Assembly: GCA_965655095.1 (NCBI GenBank)
Contig: OZ296656.1
Span: 74,400,001 to 74,464,000, forward strand
Source: Haplodiscus bocki
Lineage: Eukaryota
DNA: 64,000 nucleotides
Direction: 5' to 3'
The notes beneath the pieces were generated by a model. The model did no database searches and was not told where the DNA came from. It saw only the letters and a program-made list of their open reading frames with translations. Positions within the stretch are counted from its first letter, which is position 1. Every line of letters begins with the position of its first letter. Below are positions 1-13,600 of this stretch, one piece after another. Both the position numbers and the translations under genes were made by a program.

Positions 1-156
1 ACTGCTTTGAAGGTGTCGATTGTTGTTCCCTTTTGCTGTGCTTTGGGGATGTTTTGAGTGTGTTTTTTGGTCCTGTGTACAATTAGATGCCTCTAGTTCT
101 CTTATGTTGTGGTCAGCTTTTGTTTGGCTATTTTTTCCCCAAAGCTGGGCAAAACT

Positions 157-228
157 TGCAAAAACTAGGTACCAATTCACGACGATGAGGTGACGAGATT
201 TACGCACTGCCCTCTGGGATTTTTTGAT
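157..228 (-). pseudogene. B-monomer tRNA-Met relic (example; one per unit)
   Basis: Minus strand ...CCCAGAGGGCAGTGCGTAAATCTCGTCACCTCATCGTCGTGAATTGGTACCTAGTTTTTGCAAG is collinear with the A copy GCGCAGACGGCAGCGCGTAAGTCTCATAATCTTAAGGTCGTGAGTTCGATCCTCACTTGTCGCAAG. Confidence 0.7.
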
Positions 229-479
229 TGATTTTTGACCAGGTCTCTAGTTTCTGTGGAAGTTCTTTTGAACTGATCTTGCCTTTTCTCTATATGAAAC
301 GAGTTTGTTACCTCTCTGCTGTTGTCAACTTTTGGTTGCTTTTGGCATAGTGTTGCTGATCTAGATGTATCTTGTGTGTATTATCTCGGTCAGTTTAGAG
401 ATAGTTGTCTCCGGTGGAGCCTATTTTGTGTTCGTCCTTTGTTGTAGTACCTTTGTTTTTTAGATGACTAGGAGAGACT

Positions 480-552
480 TGCGGCAACTCGAGCTAAAAA
501 ACACGACCTTGACATGTTTAGACTGACACGCTGCCTACTACTCCCTTGTCAC
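480..552 (-). pseudogene. C-monomer tRNA-Met relic (example; one per unit)
   Basis: GTGACAA GG GAGT AGTAGGCA GCGT G TCAGT CTAAACA TGTCA AGGTC GTGTT TTTTAGC TCGAG TTGCCGC A. It is exactly 73 nt, the acceptor stem still mostly pairs, and AGTAGGCAGCGTGTCAGTCT matches the metazoan elongator tRNA-Met D-loop and anticodon-stem sequence. Confidence 0.8.
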
Positions 553-799
553 ATGACTTTCGATGAACTCTGTATGTTCGAGATAGGTCTTGTGGAATTG
601 ACATTGTTTGGAACAAGTTGTTCTGAGAAAGTCGCTGACGCTTCTTGAAATATTGCTTTTTTTGCTTCTGGGCGTTGATGATATGCCTAGTCTTTGTTTT
701 TTGTTTCTGCGGCCTGTCAAATTTAGTTGTCTTGATCATTTTTGTCCCAAATTGTGACTTCTTTCCACAAGTTATTTTAAAGAACGAATATTGAAAACT

Positions 800-871
800 T
801 GCGACAAGTGAGCATCGAACTCACGACCTTAAGATTATGAGACTTACGCCTGCCGTCTGCGCCATTGTCGC
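800..871 (-). tRNA. tRNA-Met(CAT)-like A-monomer copy with a 1-nt D-arm deletion; probable pseudogene
   Basis: Minus strand reads GCGACAA TG GCGC AGACGGCA GGCG TAAGT CTCATAA TCTTA AGGTC GTGAG TTCGATG CTCAC TTGTCGC A. The acceptor and T stems pair perfectly. Confidence 0.75.
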
Positions 872-1755
872 TGGATGGTGACCAGCCTTTGTACTTTTTT
901 GTGAGGTTTTTCTCAACTGAGATTCATTTTCTCCACTTTTCAAGCAATTTTTTTTCACTGCGTTGAAGGTGTCGATTGTTGTTCCCTTTTGCTGTGCTTT
1001 GGGGATGTTTTGAGTGTGTTTTTTGGTCCTGTGTACAATTAGATGCCTCTAGTTCTCTTATGTTGTGGTCAACTTTTGTTTGGCTAATTTTTCCCCAAGG
1101 CTGGGCGAAACTTGCAAAAACTAGGTACCAGTTCACGACGATGAGGTGACGAGATTTACGCACTGCCCTCTGGGATTTTTTGATTGATTTTTGACCAGGT
1201 CTCTAGTTTCTCTGGAAGTTCTTTTGAACTGATCTTGGCTTTTCTCTATATGAAACGAGTTTGTTACCTCTCTGCTGTTGTCAACTTTTGGTTGCTTTTG
1301 GCATAGTGTTGCTGATCTAGATGTATCTTGTGTGTATTATCTCGGTCAGTTTAGAGATAGTTGTCTCCAGTGGAACCTATTTTGTGTTCGTCCTTTGTTG
1401 TAGTACCTTTGTTTTTTAGATGACTAGGAGAGACTTGCGGCAACTCGAGCTAAAAAACACGACCTTGACATGTTTAGACTGACACGCTGCCTACTACTCC
1501 CTTGTCGCATGACTTTCGATGAACTCTGTATGTTCGAGATAGGTCTTGTGGAATTGACATTGTTTGGTACAAGTTGTTATGAAAAAGTCGCTGACGCTTC
1601 TTGAAATATTGCTTTTTTTGCTTCTGCGCGTTGATGATATCCCTAATCTTTGTTTTTTGTTTCTGCGGCCTGTCAAATTTAGTTTTCTTGATCTTTTTTG
1701 TCCCAAATGGTGACTTTTTTCCACAAGTTATTTTAAAGAACGAGTATTGAAAACT

Positions 1756-1828
1756 TGCGACAAGTGAGGATCGAACTCACTACCTTAAGATTATGAGACT
1801 TACGCCCTGCCGTCTGCGCCATTGTCGC
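1756..1828 (-). tRNA. tRNA-Met(CAT), elongator-type, near-intact 73-nt copy
   Basis: GCGACAA TG GCGC AGACGGCA GGGC G TAAGT CTCATAA TCTTA AGGTA GTGAG TTCGATC CTCAC TTGTCGC A. It has a 7-bp acceptor stem, one D-stem mismatch, the U31-U39 pair typical of elongator Met tRNA, an intact B box and TTTT just downstream. Confidence 0.8.
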
Positions 1829-2712
1829 TTGATGGCGAACAGCCTTTGTACTTGCTTTTGGGGTTTTTCTCAACTGATATTCATTTTCTCCATTTTTCAA
1901 GCAATTTTTTTTCACTGCGTTGAAGGTGCCGATTGTTGTTCCCTTTTGCTGTGCTTTGGGGATGTTTTGAGTGTGTTTTTTGGTCCTGTGTACAATTAGA
2001 TGCCTCTAGTTCTCTTATGTTGTGGTCAGCTTTTGTTTGGCTATTTTTTCCCCAAGGCTGGGCAAAACTTGCAAAAACTAGGTACCAATTCACGACGATG
2101 AGGTGACGAGATTTACGCACTGCCCTCTGGGATTTTTTGGTTGATTTTTGACCAGGTCTCTAGTTTCTGTGGAAGTTCTTTTGAACTGATCTTGCCTTTT
2201 CTCTATATGAAACGAGTTTGTTACCTCTCTGCTGTTGTCAACTTTTGGTTGCTTTTGGCATAGTGTTGCTGATCTAGATGTATCTTGTGTGTATTATCTC
2301 GGTCAGTTTAGAGATAGTTGTCTCAGGTGGAACCTATTTTGTGTTCGTCCTTTGTTGTAGTACCTTTGTTTTTTAGATGACTAGGAGAGGCTTGCGGGAA
2401 CTCGAGCTAAAAAACACGACCTTGACATGTTTAGACTGACACGCTGCCTACTACTCCCTTGTCACATGACTTTCGATGAACTCTGTATGTTCGAGATAGG
2501 TCTTGTGGAATTGACATTGTTTGGAACAAGTTGTTCTGAGAAAGTCGCTGACGCTTCTTGAAATATTGCTTTTTTTGCTTCTGGGCGTTGATGATATGCC
2601 TAGTCTTTGTTTTTTGTTTCTGCGGCCTGTCAAATTTAGTTGTCTTGATCATTTTTGTCCCAAATTGTGACTTCTTTCCACAAGTTATTTTGAAGAACGA
2701 ATATTGAAAACT

Positions 2713-2784
2713 TGCGACAAGTGAGGATCGAACTCACGACCTTAAGATTATGAGACTTACGCCTGCCGTCTGCGCCATTGTCGC
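2713..2784 (-). tRNA. tRNA-Met(CAT)-like copy with intact B box and a 1-nt D-arm deletion
   Basis: Same cloverleaf as 1756-1828, with GTTCGATCC intact and a downstream TTTT; the 3' strand of the D stem is one base short. Confidence 0.75.
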
Positions 2785-3668
2785 TTGATGGTGACCAGCC
2801 TTTGTACTTTTTTGTGAGGTTTTTCTCAACTGAGATTCATTTTCTCCACTTTTCAAGCAATTTTTTTTCACTACGTTGAAGGTATCGATTGTTTTTCCCT
2901 TTTGCTGTGCTTTGGGGATGTTTTGAGTGTGTTTTTTGGTCCTGTGTACAATTAGATGCCTCTAGTTCTCTTATGTTGTGGTCAGCATTTGTTTGGCTAT
3001 TTTTTTCCCAAGGCTGGGCAAATCTTGCAAAAACTAGGTACCAATTCACGACGATGAGGTTACGAGATTTACGCACTGCCCTCTGGGATTTTTTGATTGA
3101 TTTTTGACCAGGTATCTAGTTTCTGTGGAGGTTCTTTTGAACTGATCTTGCCTTTTCTCTATATGAAACGAGTTTGTTACCTCTCTGCTGTTGTCAACTT
3201 GTGGTTGCTTTTGGCATAGTGTTGCTGATCTAGATGTATCTTGTGTGTATTATCTCGGTCGGTTTAGAGCTAGTTGTCTCCAGTTGAACTTTTATTGTGT
3301 TCGTCCTTTGTTGTAAAACCTTTCTTTTTTAGATGACCAGGAGAGATTTGCGGCAACTGGAGCTGAAAATCACAACCTTGACATGTTTAGACTGACACGC
3401 TGCCTACTACTCCGTTTTCATATGACTTTCGATGAACGGTGTCTGTTCGAGATACGTCTTGTGGAATTGACATTGTTCGGTACAAGTTGTTATGAAAAAG
3501 TCGCTGACGCCTCTTGAAATATTGCTTTTTTTGCTTCTGCGCGTTGATGATATGCCCAATCTTTGTTTTTTGTTTCTGCGGCCTGTCAAATTTAGTTTTC
3601 TTGATCAATTTTGTCCCAATTTGTGACTTTTTTCCACAAGTTATTTTAAAGAACGAATATTGAAAACT

Positions 3669-3741
3669 TGCGACAAGTGAGGATCGAACTCACGACCTTA
3701 AGATTATGAGACTTACGTGCTGCCGTCTGTGCCATTGTCGC
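3669..3741 (-). tRNA. tRNA-Met(CAT)-like 73-nt copy with two D-stem mismatches
   Basis: GCGACAA TG GCAC AGACGGCA GCAC G TAAGT CTCATAA TCTTA AGGTC GTGAG TTCGATC CTCAC TTGTCGC A. Both D-stem strands show GCGC>GCAC, a CpG-type change. Confidence 0.78.
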
Positions 3742-4629
3742 TTGATGTTGACCGGCCTTTGTAGTTTTATGTGAGGTTTTTCTCAACTGAGATTCAATTT
3801 GTCCCTTTCCCAAGCAACTTTTTTTTCTATTCGTTGTTGTCATTTTTTTCCCTTTTGATCTGCTTTAATGATGATTTGGCTGTGTTATTTTGCGCCTGTG
3901 TACAGTTAGTTGCCTCTAGTTCACTTATGTTGTTTTTTGCTTTTGCTTGGCTAACTTTGTTCCCAAGCCTGGGATAACTTGCAAAAACTATGTACCACAT
4001 TCGGGACTCTGAGATGACGATATTTTTGCGCTGCCCTTCGGGCCCTTTTCGGTTGGTTATTGACCAGGTCTATAGTTTGTCTTGATGTTATTTTGAACTG
4101 AGCATATTTTTTCTCTAAACAAAACGAGTTCGTTGCCTCTGCTGTTGTCAATTTTTGGTTCCTTTTTGCTTAGTGTTGCTGATCTAGATGTATCTTGTGT
4201 GTCTAATCTTTTCCTCGGTCAGTTTAGAACTAGTTGTCTCCAGTGGAACTTATACTGTGTTCGGCCTTTGTTGTAGGTCCTTTGTTTTTGAGGTGACTAG
4301 GAACGATCTGCGGTAACTGGAGTTGAAAAACACTACCCTGTCATGATTAGACATAGACTCTGCCTACTACTCTTAGAACATGACTTTTGATCAACACTGT
4401 ATGTTCTATGATACGTCTCGTGCAACTGATATTTTTTGGTACCCTTTGCTTTTAAAAAGTCGCTGACGCTTCTTGAAACTTTGGTCTTTTTGTTCCTACT
4501 CATTGATGATATGCCTAACCTTTAATTTTTTTGTTTCTGTGGTCTGTTCAAATTTAAATTCTCGTGAGCAGTCTTGTCCAATGTTGGCACTTTTCTTACC
4601 TAATTAATTTAAAGACAAATTGTCAGAAC

Positions 4630-7600
4630 TTGCGAAAAGTGAGTATCGCAGTCACGACCTTAAAAATATGAGAACTACGCGCTGCTATCTGCGCCATTGT
4701 CGCTTGATGTTGACCAGCCTTTGTAGTTTTACGTGAGGTTTTTCTCAACTGAGATTCAATTTGTCCCTTTCTCAAGCAACTTTTTTTTCTATTCGTTGTT
4801 GTCATTTTTTTCCCTTTTGATCTGCTTTAATGATGATTTGGCTGTGTTGTTTTGCGCCTGTGTACAGTTAGTTGCCTCTAGTTCACTTATGTTGTTGTTG
4901 GCTTTTGCTTGGCTAACTTTGTTGCCAAGCCTGAGCAAACTTGCAAAACTATGTACCAAATTCAGGACGCTGAGATGACGATATTTTTGCGCTACCTTTT
5001 GGGCCTTTTTCGGCTGGTTATTGACCAGGTGTCTAGTTTGTCTTGATGTTATTTTGAACTGAGCATATTTTTTCTCTAAACAAAACGAGTTCGTTACCTC
5101 TGCTGTTGTCAATTTTTGGTTCCTTTTTGCTTAGTGTTGCTGATCTAGATTTATCTTGTGTGTCTAATCTTTTCCTCGGTCAGTTTAGAACTAGTTGTCT
5201 CCAGTGGAACTTATACTGTGTTCGGCCTTTGTTGTAGCTCCTTTGTTTTTGAGGTGACTAGGAACGACCTGCGGTAACTGGAGTTGAAAAACACTACCCT
5301 GTCATGATTAGACATAGACTCTGCCTACTACTCTTAGAACATGACTTTTGATCAACACTGTATGTTCTATGATACGTCTCGTGCAACTGATATTTTTTGG
5401 TACCCTTTGCTTTTAAAAAGTCGCTGACGCTTCTTGAAACTTTGGTCTTTTTGTTCCTACTCATTGATGATATGCCTAACCTTTAATTTTTTTGTTTCTG
5501 TGGTCTGTTCAAATTTAAATTCCCGTGAGCAGTTTTGTCCCATGTTGGCACTTTTCCTACCTAATTACTTTAAAGACAAATAGTCAGAACTTGCGAAAAG
5601 TGAGTATCGCACTCACGACCTTAAAATTATGAGAACTACGCGCTGCTATCTGCGCCATTGTCGCTTGATGTTGACCAGCCTTTGTAGTTTTACGTGAGGT
5701 TTTTCTCAACTGAGATTCAATTTGTCCCTTTCTCAAGCAACTTTTTTTTCTCTTCGTTGTTGTCAATTTTGGTTCGCTTTTGATCTGCTTTAATGATGCA
5801 TTGGTTGTGTTGTTTTGCGCCTGTGTACAGTAAGTGGCCTCTAGTTCACTTATGTTGTTGTTGGCTTTTGCTTGGCTAACTTTGTTGCCAAGCCTGGGCA
5901 AACTTGCAAAACTATGTACCAAATTCAGGACGCTGAGATGACGATTTTTTTGCGCTACCCTTCGGGCCCTTTTCGGCTGGTTTTTGACCACGTCTCTAGT
6001 TTGTCTTGATGTTATTTTGAACTGAGCATATTTTTTCTCTAAACAAAACGAGTTTTTTACGTCTGCTGTTGTCAATTTTTGAATCCTTTTCGCTTAGTGT
6101 TGCTGATCTAGATGTATCTTGTGTGTCTAATCTTTTCCTCGGTCAGTTTAGAACTAGTTGTCTCCAGTGGAACGTATATTGTGTTCGGCCTTTGTTGTAG
6201 GTCTTTTGTTTTTGAGATGTCTAGGAAAGACTTAAGGTAACTGGAGTTGAAAAACACGACCCTGTCATGATTAGACATAGACTTCGCCTACTACTCTTAG
6301 AACATGACTTTTGATCAACACTGTATGTTCAATGATACGTCTCATGGAACTGATATTTTTGGTACCCTTTGTTTTCAAAAAGTCGCTGACGCTTCTTGAA
6401 GCTTTGGTCTTTTTGTTGCTACTCATTGATGATATGCCTAACCTTTAATTTTTTCTTTCTGTGGCCTGTTCAAATTTAAATTCTCGTGAGCATCTTGTCC
6501 CATGTTAAAACTTTTCTTACCTAATTATTTAAAGACAAATAGTCAGAACTCGCGAAAAGTGAGTATCGCACTCACGACCTTAAGATTATGAGAACTACGC
6601 GCTGCTATCTGCGCCATTGTCGCTTGATGTTGACCAGCTTTTGTAGTTTTTTGTGAGGTTTTTCTCAACTGAGATTCAATTTGTCCCTTTCTCAAGCAAC
6701 TTTTTTTTCTCTTCGTTGTTGTCAATTTTGGTTCGCTTTTGATCTGCTTTATGGATGCATTGGTTGTGTTGTTTTGCGCCTGTGTACAGTAAGTGGCCTC
6801 TAGTTCACTTATGTTGTTGTTGGCTTTTTCTTGGCTATTTTTGTTCCCAAGTCTGGGCAAACTTGCAAAAACTATGTACCACATTCAGGACGCTGAGATG
6901 ACGATATTTTTGCGCTGCCCTTCGGGCCCTTTGCGGTTGGTTATTGACCATGTCTCTAGTTTGTCTTGATGTTATTTTGAACTGAGCATACTTTTTCTCT
7001 AAACAAAACGAGTTTGTTGCCTCTGCTGTTGTCAGTTTTTGGTTCCTTTTCGCTGAGTGTTGCTGATCTAGATGTATCGTGTGTGTCTAATCCTTTCCTC
7101 GGTCAGTTTAGAACTAGTTGTCTCCAGTGCAACTTATATTGTGTTCGGCCTTTGTTGTAGGTCCTTTGTTTTTGAGATGTCTAGGAAAGACTTGCTGTAA
7201 CTGGAGCTGAAAAACACGACCCTGTCATGATTAGACATAGACTCTGCCTACTACTCTTAGAACATGACTTTTCATCAGCACTGTATGATCTATGATACGT
7301 CTCGTGGAACTGATGTTTTTTGGTACCCTTTGTTCTTAAAATTCGCTGACGCTTCTTGAAACTTTGCTTTTTTGTTCCTGCTCATTGATGATATGCCTAA
7401 TCTTTAATTTTTTTGTTTCTGTGGCCTGTTCAAAACTAAATTCTCGTGAGCAGTCTTGTCCCATGTTGGCACTTTCCTTCCCTAATTATTTAAAGACAAA
7501 TAGTCAGAACTCGCGAAAAGTGAGTATCGCACTCACGAACTGAAGATTATGAGAACTACGCGCTGCTATCTGCACCATTGTCCCTTGATGTTGACCAGCC

Positions 7601-10600
7601 TTTGTAGTTGTATGTGAGGTTTTTCTCAACTGAGATTCAATTTGTCCCTTTCTCAAGCAACTTTTTTTTCTCTTCGTTGTTGTCAATTTTGGTTCGCTTT
7701 TGATCTGCTTTAATGATGCATTGGTTGTGTTGTTTTGCGCCTGTGTAAAGTAAGTGGCCTCTAGTTCACTTATGTTGTTGTTGGCTTTTGCTTGGCTAAC
7801 TTTGTTGCCAAGCCTGGGCAAACTTGCAAAACTATGTATCAAATTCAGGACGCTGAGATGACGATTTTTTTGCGCTACCCTTCGGGCCCTTTTCGGCTGG
7901 TTTTTGACCAGGTCTCTAGTTTGTCTTGATGTTATTTTGAACTGAGCATATTTTTTCTCTAAACAAAACGAGTTTGTTACCTCTGCTGTTGTCAATTTTT
8001 GGGTCCCTTTCGCTTAGTGTTGCTGATCTAGATGTATCGTGTGTGTCTAATCATTTCCTCGGTCAGTTTGGAACTAGTTGTCTCCAGTGGAACTTATATT
8101 GTGTTCGGCCTTTGTTGTAGCTCTTTTGTTTTTAAGATGTCTAGGAAAGACTTGCTGTAACTATAGCTGAAAAACACAACCCTGTCATGATTAGACATAG
8201 ACTCTGCCTACTACTCTTAGAACATGACTTTTGATCAACACTGTATGTTCTATGATACGTCTCGTGCAACTGATATTTTTTGGTACCCTTTGCTTTTAAA
8301 AAGTCGCTGACGCTTCTTGAAACTTTGGTCTTTTTGTTCCTACTCATTGATGATATGACTAACCTTTAATTTTTTTGTTTCTGTGGTCTGTTCAAATTTA
8401 AATTCTCGTGAGCAGTCTTGTCCCATGTTGGCACTTTTCTTACCTAATTAATTTAAAGACAAATTGTCAGAACTTGCGAAAAGTGAGTATCGCACTCACG
8501 ACCTTAAGATTATGAGAACTACGCGCTGCTATCTGCGCCATTGTCGCTTGATGTTGACCAGCTTTTGTAGTTTTTTGTGAGGTTTTTCTCAACTGAGATT
8601 CAATAGTCCCTTTCTCAAGCAACTTTTTTTTCTCTTCGTTGTTGTCAATTTTGGTTCGCTTTTGATCTGCTTTATGGATGCATTGGTTGTGTTGTTTTGC
8701 GCCTGTGTACAGTAAGTGGCCTCTAGTTCACTTATGTTGTTGTTGGCTTTTTCTTGGCTATTTTTGTTCCCAAGTCTGGGCAAACTTGCAAAAATTATGT
8801 ACCACATTCAGGACGCTGAGATGACGATATTTTTGCGCTGCCCTTCGGGCCCTTTGCGGTTGGTTATTGACCATGTCTCTAGTTTGTCTTGATGTTATTT
8901 TGAACTGAGCATACTTTTTCTCTAAACAAAACGAGTTTGTTGCCTCTGCTGTTGTCAGTTTTTGGTTCCTTTTCGCTGAGTGTTGCTGATCTAGATGTAT
9001 CGTGTGTGTCTAATCCTTTCCTCGGTCAGTTTAGAACTAGTTGTCTCCAGTGCAACTTATATTGTGTTCGGCCTTTGTTGTAGGTCCTTTGTTTTTGAGA
9101 TGTCTAGGAAAGACTTGCTGTAACTGGAGCTGAAAAACACGACCCTGTCATGATTAGACCTAGACTCTGCCTACTACTCTTAGAACATGACTTTTGATCA
9201 GCACTGTATGATCTATGATACGTCTCGTGGAACTGATGTTTTTTGGTACCCTTTGTTCTTAAAATTCGCTGACGCTTCTTGAAACTTTGCTTTTTTGTTC
9301 CTGCTCATTGATGATATGCCTAATCTTTAATTTTTTTGTTTCTGTGGCCTGTTCAAAACTAAATTCTCGTGAGCAGTCTTGTCCCATGTTGGCACTTTCC
9401 TTCCCTAATTATTTAAAGACAAATAGTCAGAACTCGCGAAAAGTGAGTATCGCACTCACGAACTGAAGATTATGAGAACTACGCGCTGCTATCTGCACCA
9501 TTGTCCCTTGATGTTGACCAGCCTTTGTAGTTGTATGTGAGGTTTTTCTCAACTGAGATTCAATTTGTCCCTTTCTCAAGCAACTTTTTTTTCTCTTCGT
9601 TGTTGTCAATTTTGGTTCGCTTTTGATCTGCTTTAATGATGCATTGGTTGTGTTGTTTTGCGCCTGTGTAAAGTAAGTGGCCTCTAGTTCACTTATGTTG
9701 TTGTTGGCTTTTGCTTGGCTAACTTTGTTGCCAAGCCTGGGCAAACTTGCAAAACTATGTATCAAATTCAGGACGCTGAGATGACGATTTTTTTGCGCTA
9801 CCCTTCGGGCCCTTTTCGGCTGGTTTTTGACCAGGTCTCTAGTTTGTCTTGATGTTATTTTGAACTGAGCATATTTTTTCTCTAAACAAAACGAGTTTGT
9901 TACCTCTGCTGTTGTCAATTTTTGGGTCCCTTTCGCTTAGTGTTGCTGATCTAGATGTATCGTGTGTGTCTAATCATTTCCTCGGTCAGTTTGGAACTAG
10001 TTGTCTCCAGTGGAACTTATATTGTGTTCGGCCTTTGTTGTAGCTCTTTTGTTTTTAAGATGTCTAGGAAAGACTTGCTGTAACTATAGCTGAAAAACAC
10101 AACCCTGTCATGATTAGACATAGACTCTGCCTACTACTCTTAGAACATGACTTTTGATCAACACTGTATGTTCTATGATACGTCTCGTGCAACTGATATT
10201 TTTTGGTACCCTTTGCTTTTAAAAAGTCGCTGACGCTTCTTGAAACTTTGGTCTTTTTGTTCCTACTCATTGATGATATGCCTAACCTTTAATTTTTTTG
10301 TTTCTGTGGTCTGTTCAAATTTAAATTCTCGTGAGCAGTCTTGTCCCATGTTGGCACTTTTCTTACCTAATTAATTTAAAGACAAATTGTCAGAACTTGC
10401 GAAAAGTGAGTATCGCACTCACGACCTGAAGATTATGAGAAGTACGCGCTGCTATCAGCTCCATTGTCGCTTGATGTTGACCAGCCTTTGTAGTTTTACG
10501 TGAGGTTTTTCTCAACTGAGATTCTATTTGTCCCTTTCTCCAGCAACTTTTTTTTCTCTTCGTTGTTGTCATTTTTGGTTCGCTTTTGATCTGCTTTATG

Positions 10601-13600
10601 GATGCATTGATTGTGTTGTTTTGGGCCTGTGTACAGTAAGTGGCCTCTAGTTCACTTATGTTGTTGTTGGCTTTTGCTTGGCTAACTTTGTTGCCAAGCC
10701 TGGGAAACTTGCAAAACTATGTACCAAATTCAGGACGCTGAGATGACGATATTTTTGCGCTACCCTTCGGGCCTTTTTCGGCTGGTTTTTGACCAAGTCT
10801 CTAGTTTGTCTTGATGTTATTTTGAACTGAGCATACTTTTTCTCTAAACAAAACGAGTTCGTTACCTCTGCTGTTGTCAATTTTTGGGTCCCTTTCGCTT
10901 AGTGTTGCTGATCTAGATGTATCGTGTGTGTCTAATCATTTCCTCGGTCAGTTTGGAACTAGTTGTCTCCAGTGGAACTTATATTGTGTTCGGCCTTTGT
11001 TGTAGCTCTTTTGTTTTTGAGATGTCTAGGAAAGACTTGCTGTAACTGGAGCTGAAAAACACAACCCTGTCATGATTAGACATAGACTCTGCCTACTACT
11101 CTTAGAACATGACTTTTGATCAACACTGTATGTTCTATGATACGTCTCGTGCAACTGATATTTTTTGGTACCCTTTGCTTTTAAAAAGTCGCTGACGCTT
11201 CTTGAAACTTTGGTCTTTTTGTTCCTACTCATTGATGATATGCCTAACCTTTAATTTTTTTGTTTCTGTGGCCTGTTCAAAACTAAATTCTCGTGAGCAG
11301 TCTTGTCCCATGTTGGCACTTTCCTTCCCTAATTATTTAAAGACAAATAGTCAGAACTCGCGAAAAGTGAGTATCGCACTCACGACCTGAAGATTATGAG
11401 AAGTACGCGCTGCTATCAGCTCCATTGTCGCTTGATGTTGACCAGCCTTTGTAGTTTTACGTGAGGTTTTTCTCAACTGAGATTCTATTTGTCCCTTTCT
11501 CCAGCAACTTTTTTTTCTCTTCGTTGTTGTCATTTTTGGTTCGCTTTTGATCTGCTTTATGGATGCATTGGTTGTGTTGTTTTGGGCCTGTGTACAGTAA
11601 GTGGCCTCTAGTTCACTTATGTTGTTGTTGGCTTTTGCTTGGCTAACTTTGTTGCCAAGCCTGGGAAACTTGCAAAACTATGTACCAAATTCAGGACGCT
11701 GAGATGACGATATTTTTGCGCTACCCTTCGGGCCTTTTTCGGCTGGTTTTTGACCAAGTCTCTAGTTTGTCTTGATGTTATTTTGAACTGAGCATACTTT
11801 TTCTCTAAACAAAACGAGTTTGTTGCCTCTGCTGTTGTCAGTTTTTGGTTCCTTTTCGCTGAGTGTTGCTGATCTAGATGTATCGTGTGTGTCTAATCCT
11901 TTCCTCGGTCAGTTTAGAACTAGTTGTCTCCAGTGCAACTTATATTGTGTTCGGCCTTTGTTGTAGGTCCTTTGTTTTTGAGATGTCTAGGAAAGACTTG
12001 CTGTAACTGGAGCTGAAAAACACGACCCTGTCATGATTAGACATAGACTCTGCCTACTACTCTTAGAACATGACTTTTGATCAGCACTGTATGATCTATG
12101 ATACGTCTCGTGGAACTGATGTTTTTTGGTACCCTTTGTTCTTAAAATTCGCTGACGCTTCTTGAAACTTTGCTTTTTTGTTCCTGCCCATTGATGATAT
12201 GCCTAATCTTTAATTTTTTTGTTTCTGTGGCCTGTTCAAAACTAAATTCTCGTGAGCAGTCTTGTCCCATGTTGGCACTTTCCTTCCCTAATTATTTAAA
12301 GACAAATAGTCAGAACTCGCGAAAAGTGAGTATCGCACTCACGACCTGAAGATTATGAGAACTACGCGCTGCTATCTGCACCATTGTCCCTTGATGTTGA
12401 CCAGCCTTTGTAGTTGTATGTGAGGTTTTTCTCAACTGAGATTCAATTTGTCCCTTTCTCAAGCAACTTTTTTTTCTCTTCGTTGTTGTCAATTTTGGTT
12501 CGCTTTTGATCTGCTTTAATGATGCATTGGTTGTGTTGTTTTGCGCCTGTGTAAAGTAAGTGGCCTCTAGTTCACTTATGTTGTTGTTGGCTTTTGCTTG
12601 GCTAACTTTGTTGCCAAGCCTGGGCAAACTTGCAAAACTATGTATCAAATTCAGGACGCTGAGATGACGATTTTTTTGCGCTACCCTTCGGGCCCTTTTC
12701 GGCTGGTTTTTGACCAGGTCTCTAGTTTGTCTTGATGTTATTTTGAACTGAGCATATTTTTTCTCTAAACAAAACGAGTTTGTTACCTCTGCTGTTGTCA
12801 ATTTTTGGGTCCCTTTCGCTTAGTGTTGCTGATCTAGATGTATCGTGTGTGTCTAATCATTTCCTCGGTCAGTTTGGAACTAGTTGTCTCCAGTGGAACT
12901 TATATTGTGTTCGGCCTTTGTTGTAGCTCCTTTGTTTTTAAGATGTCTAGGAAAGACTTGCTGTAACTGGAGCTGAAAAACACAACCCTGTCATGATTAG
13001 ACATAGACTCTGCCTACTACTCTTAGAACATGACTTTTGATCAACACTGTATGTTCTATGATACGTCTCGTGCAACTGATATTTTTTGGTACCCTTTGCT
13101 TTTAAAAAGTCGCTGACGCTTCTTGAAACTTTGGTCTTTTTGTTCCTACTCATTGATGATATGCCTAACCTTTAATTTTTTTGTTTCTGTGGTCTGTTCA
13201 AATTTAAATTCTCGTGAGCAGTCTTGTCCCATGTTGGCACTTTTCTTACCTAATTAATTTAAAGACAAATTGTCAGAACTTGCGAAAAGTGAGTATCGCA
13301 CTCACGACCTTAAGATTATGAGAAGTACGCGCTGCTATCAGCTCCATTGTCGCTTGATGTTGACCAGCCTTTGTAGTTTTACCTGAGGTTTTTCTCAACT
13401 GAGATTCAATTTGTCCCTTTCTCAAGCAACTTTTTTTCTATTCGTTGTTGTCATTTTTTTCCCTTTTGATCTGCTTTAATGATGATTTGGCTGTGTTGTT
13501 TTGCGCCTGTGTACAGTTAGTTGCCTCTAGTTCACTTATGTTGTTGTTGGCTTTTGCTTGGCTAACTTTGTTGCCAAGCCTGGGAAACTTGCAAAACTAT

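Noticed and set aside
800-3741. Initiator tRNA-Met
   Set aside because: It lacks A1-U72, the three consecutive G-C anticodon-stem pairs and the A54 T-loop. It has TTCGA and U31-U39, as in elongator tRNA-Met.
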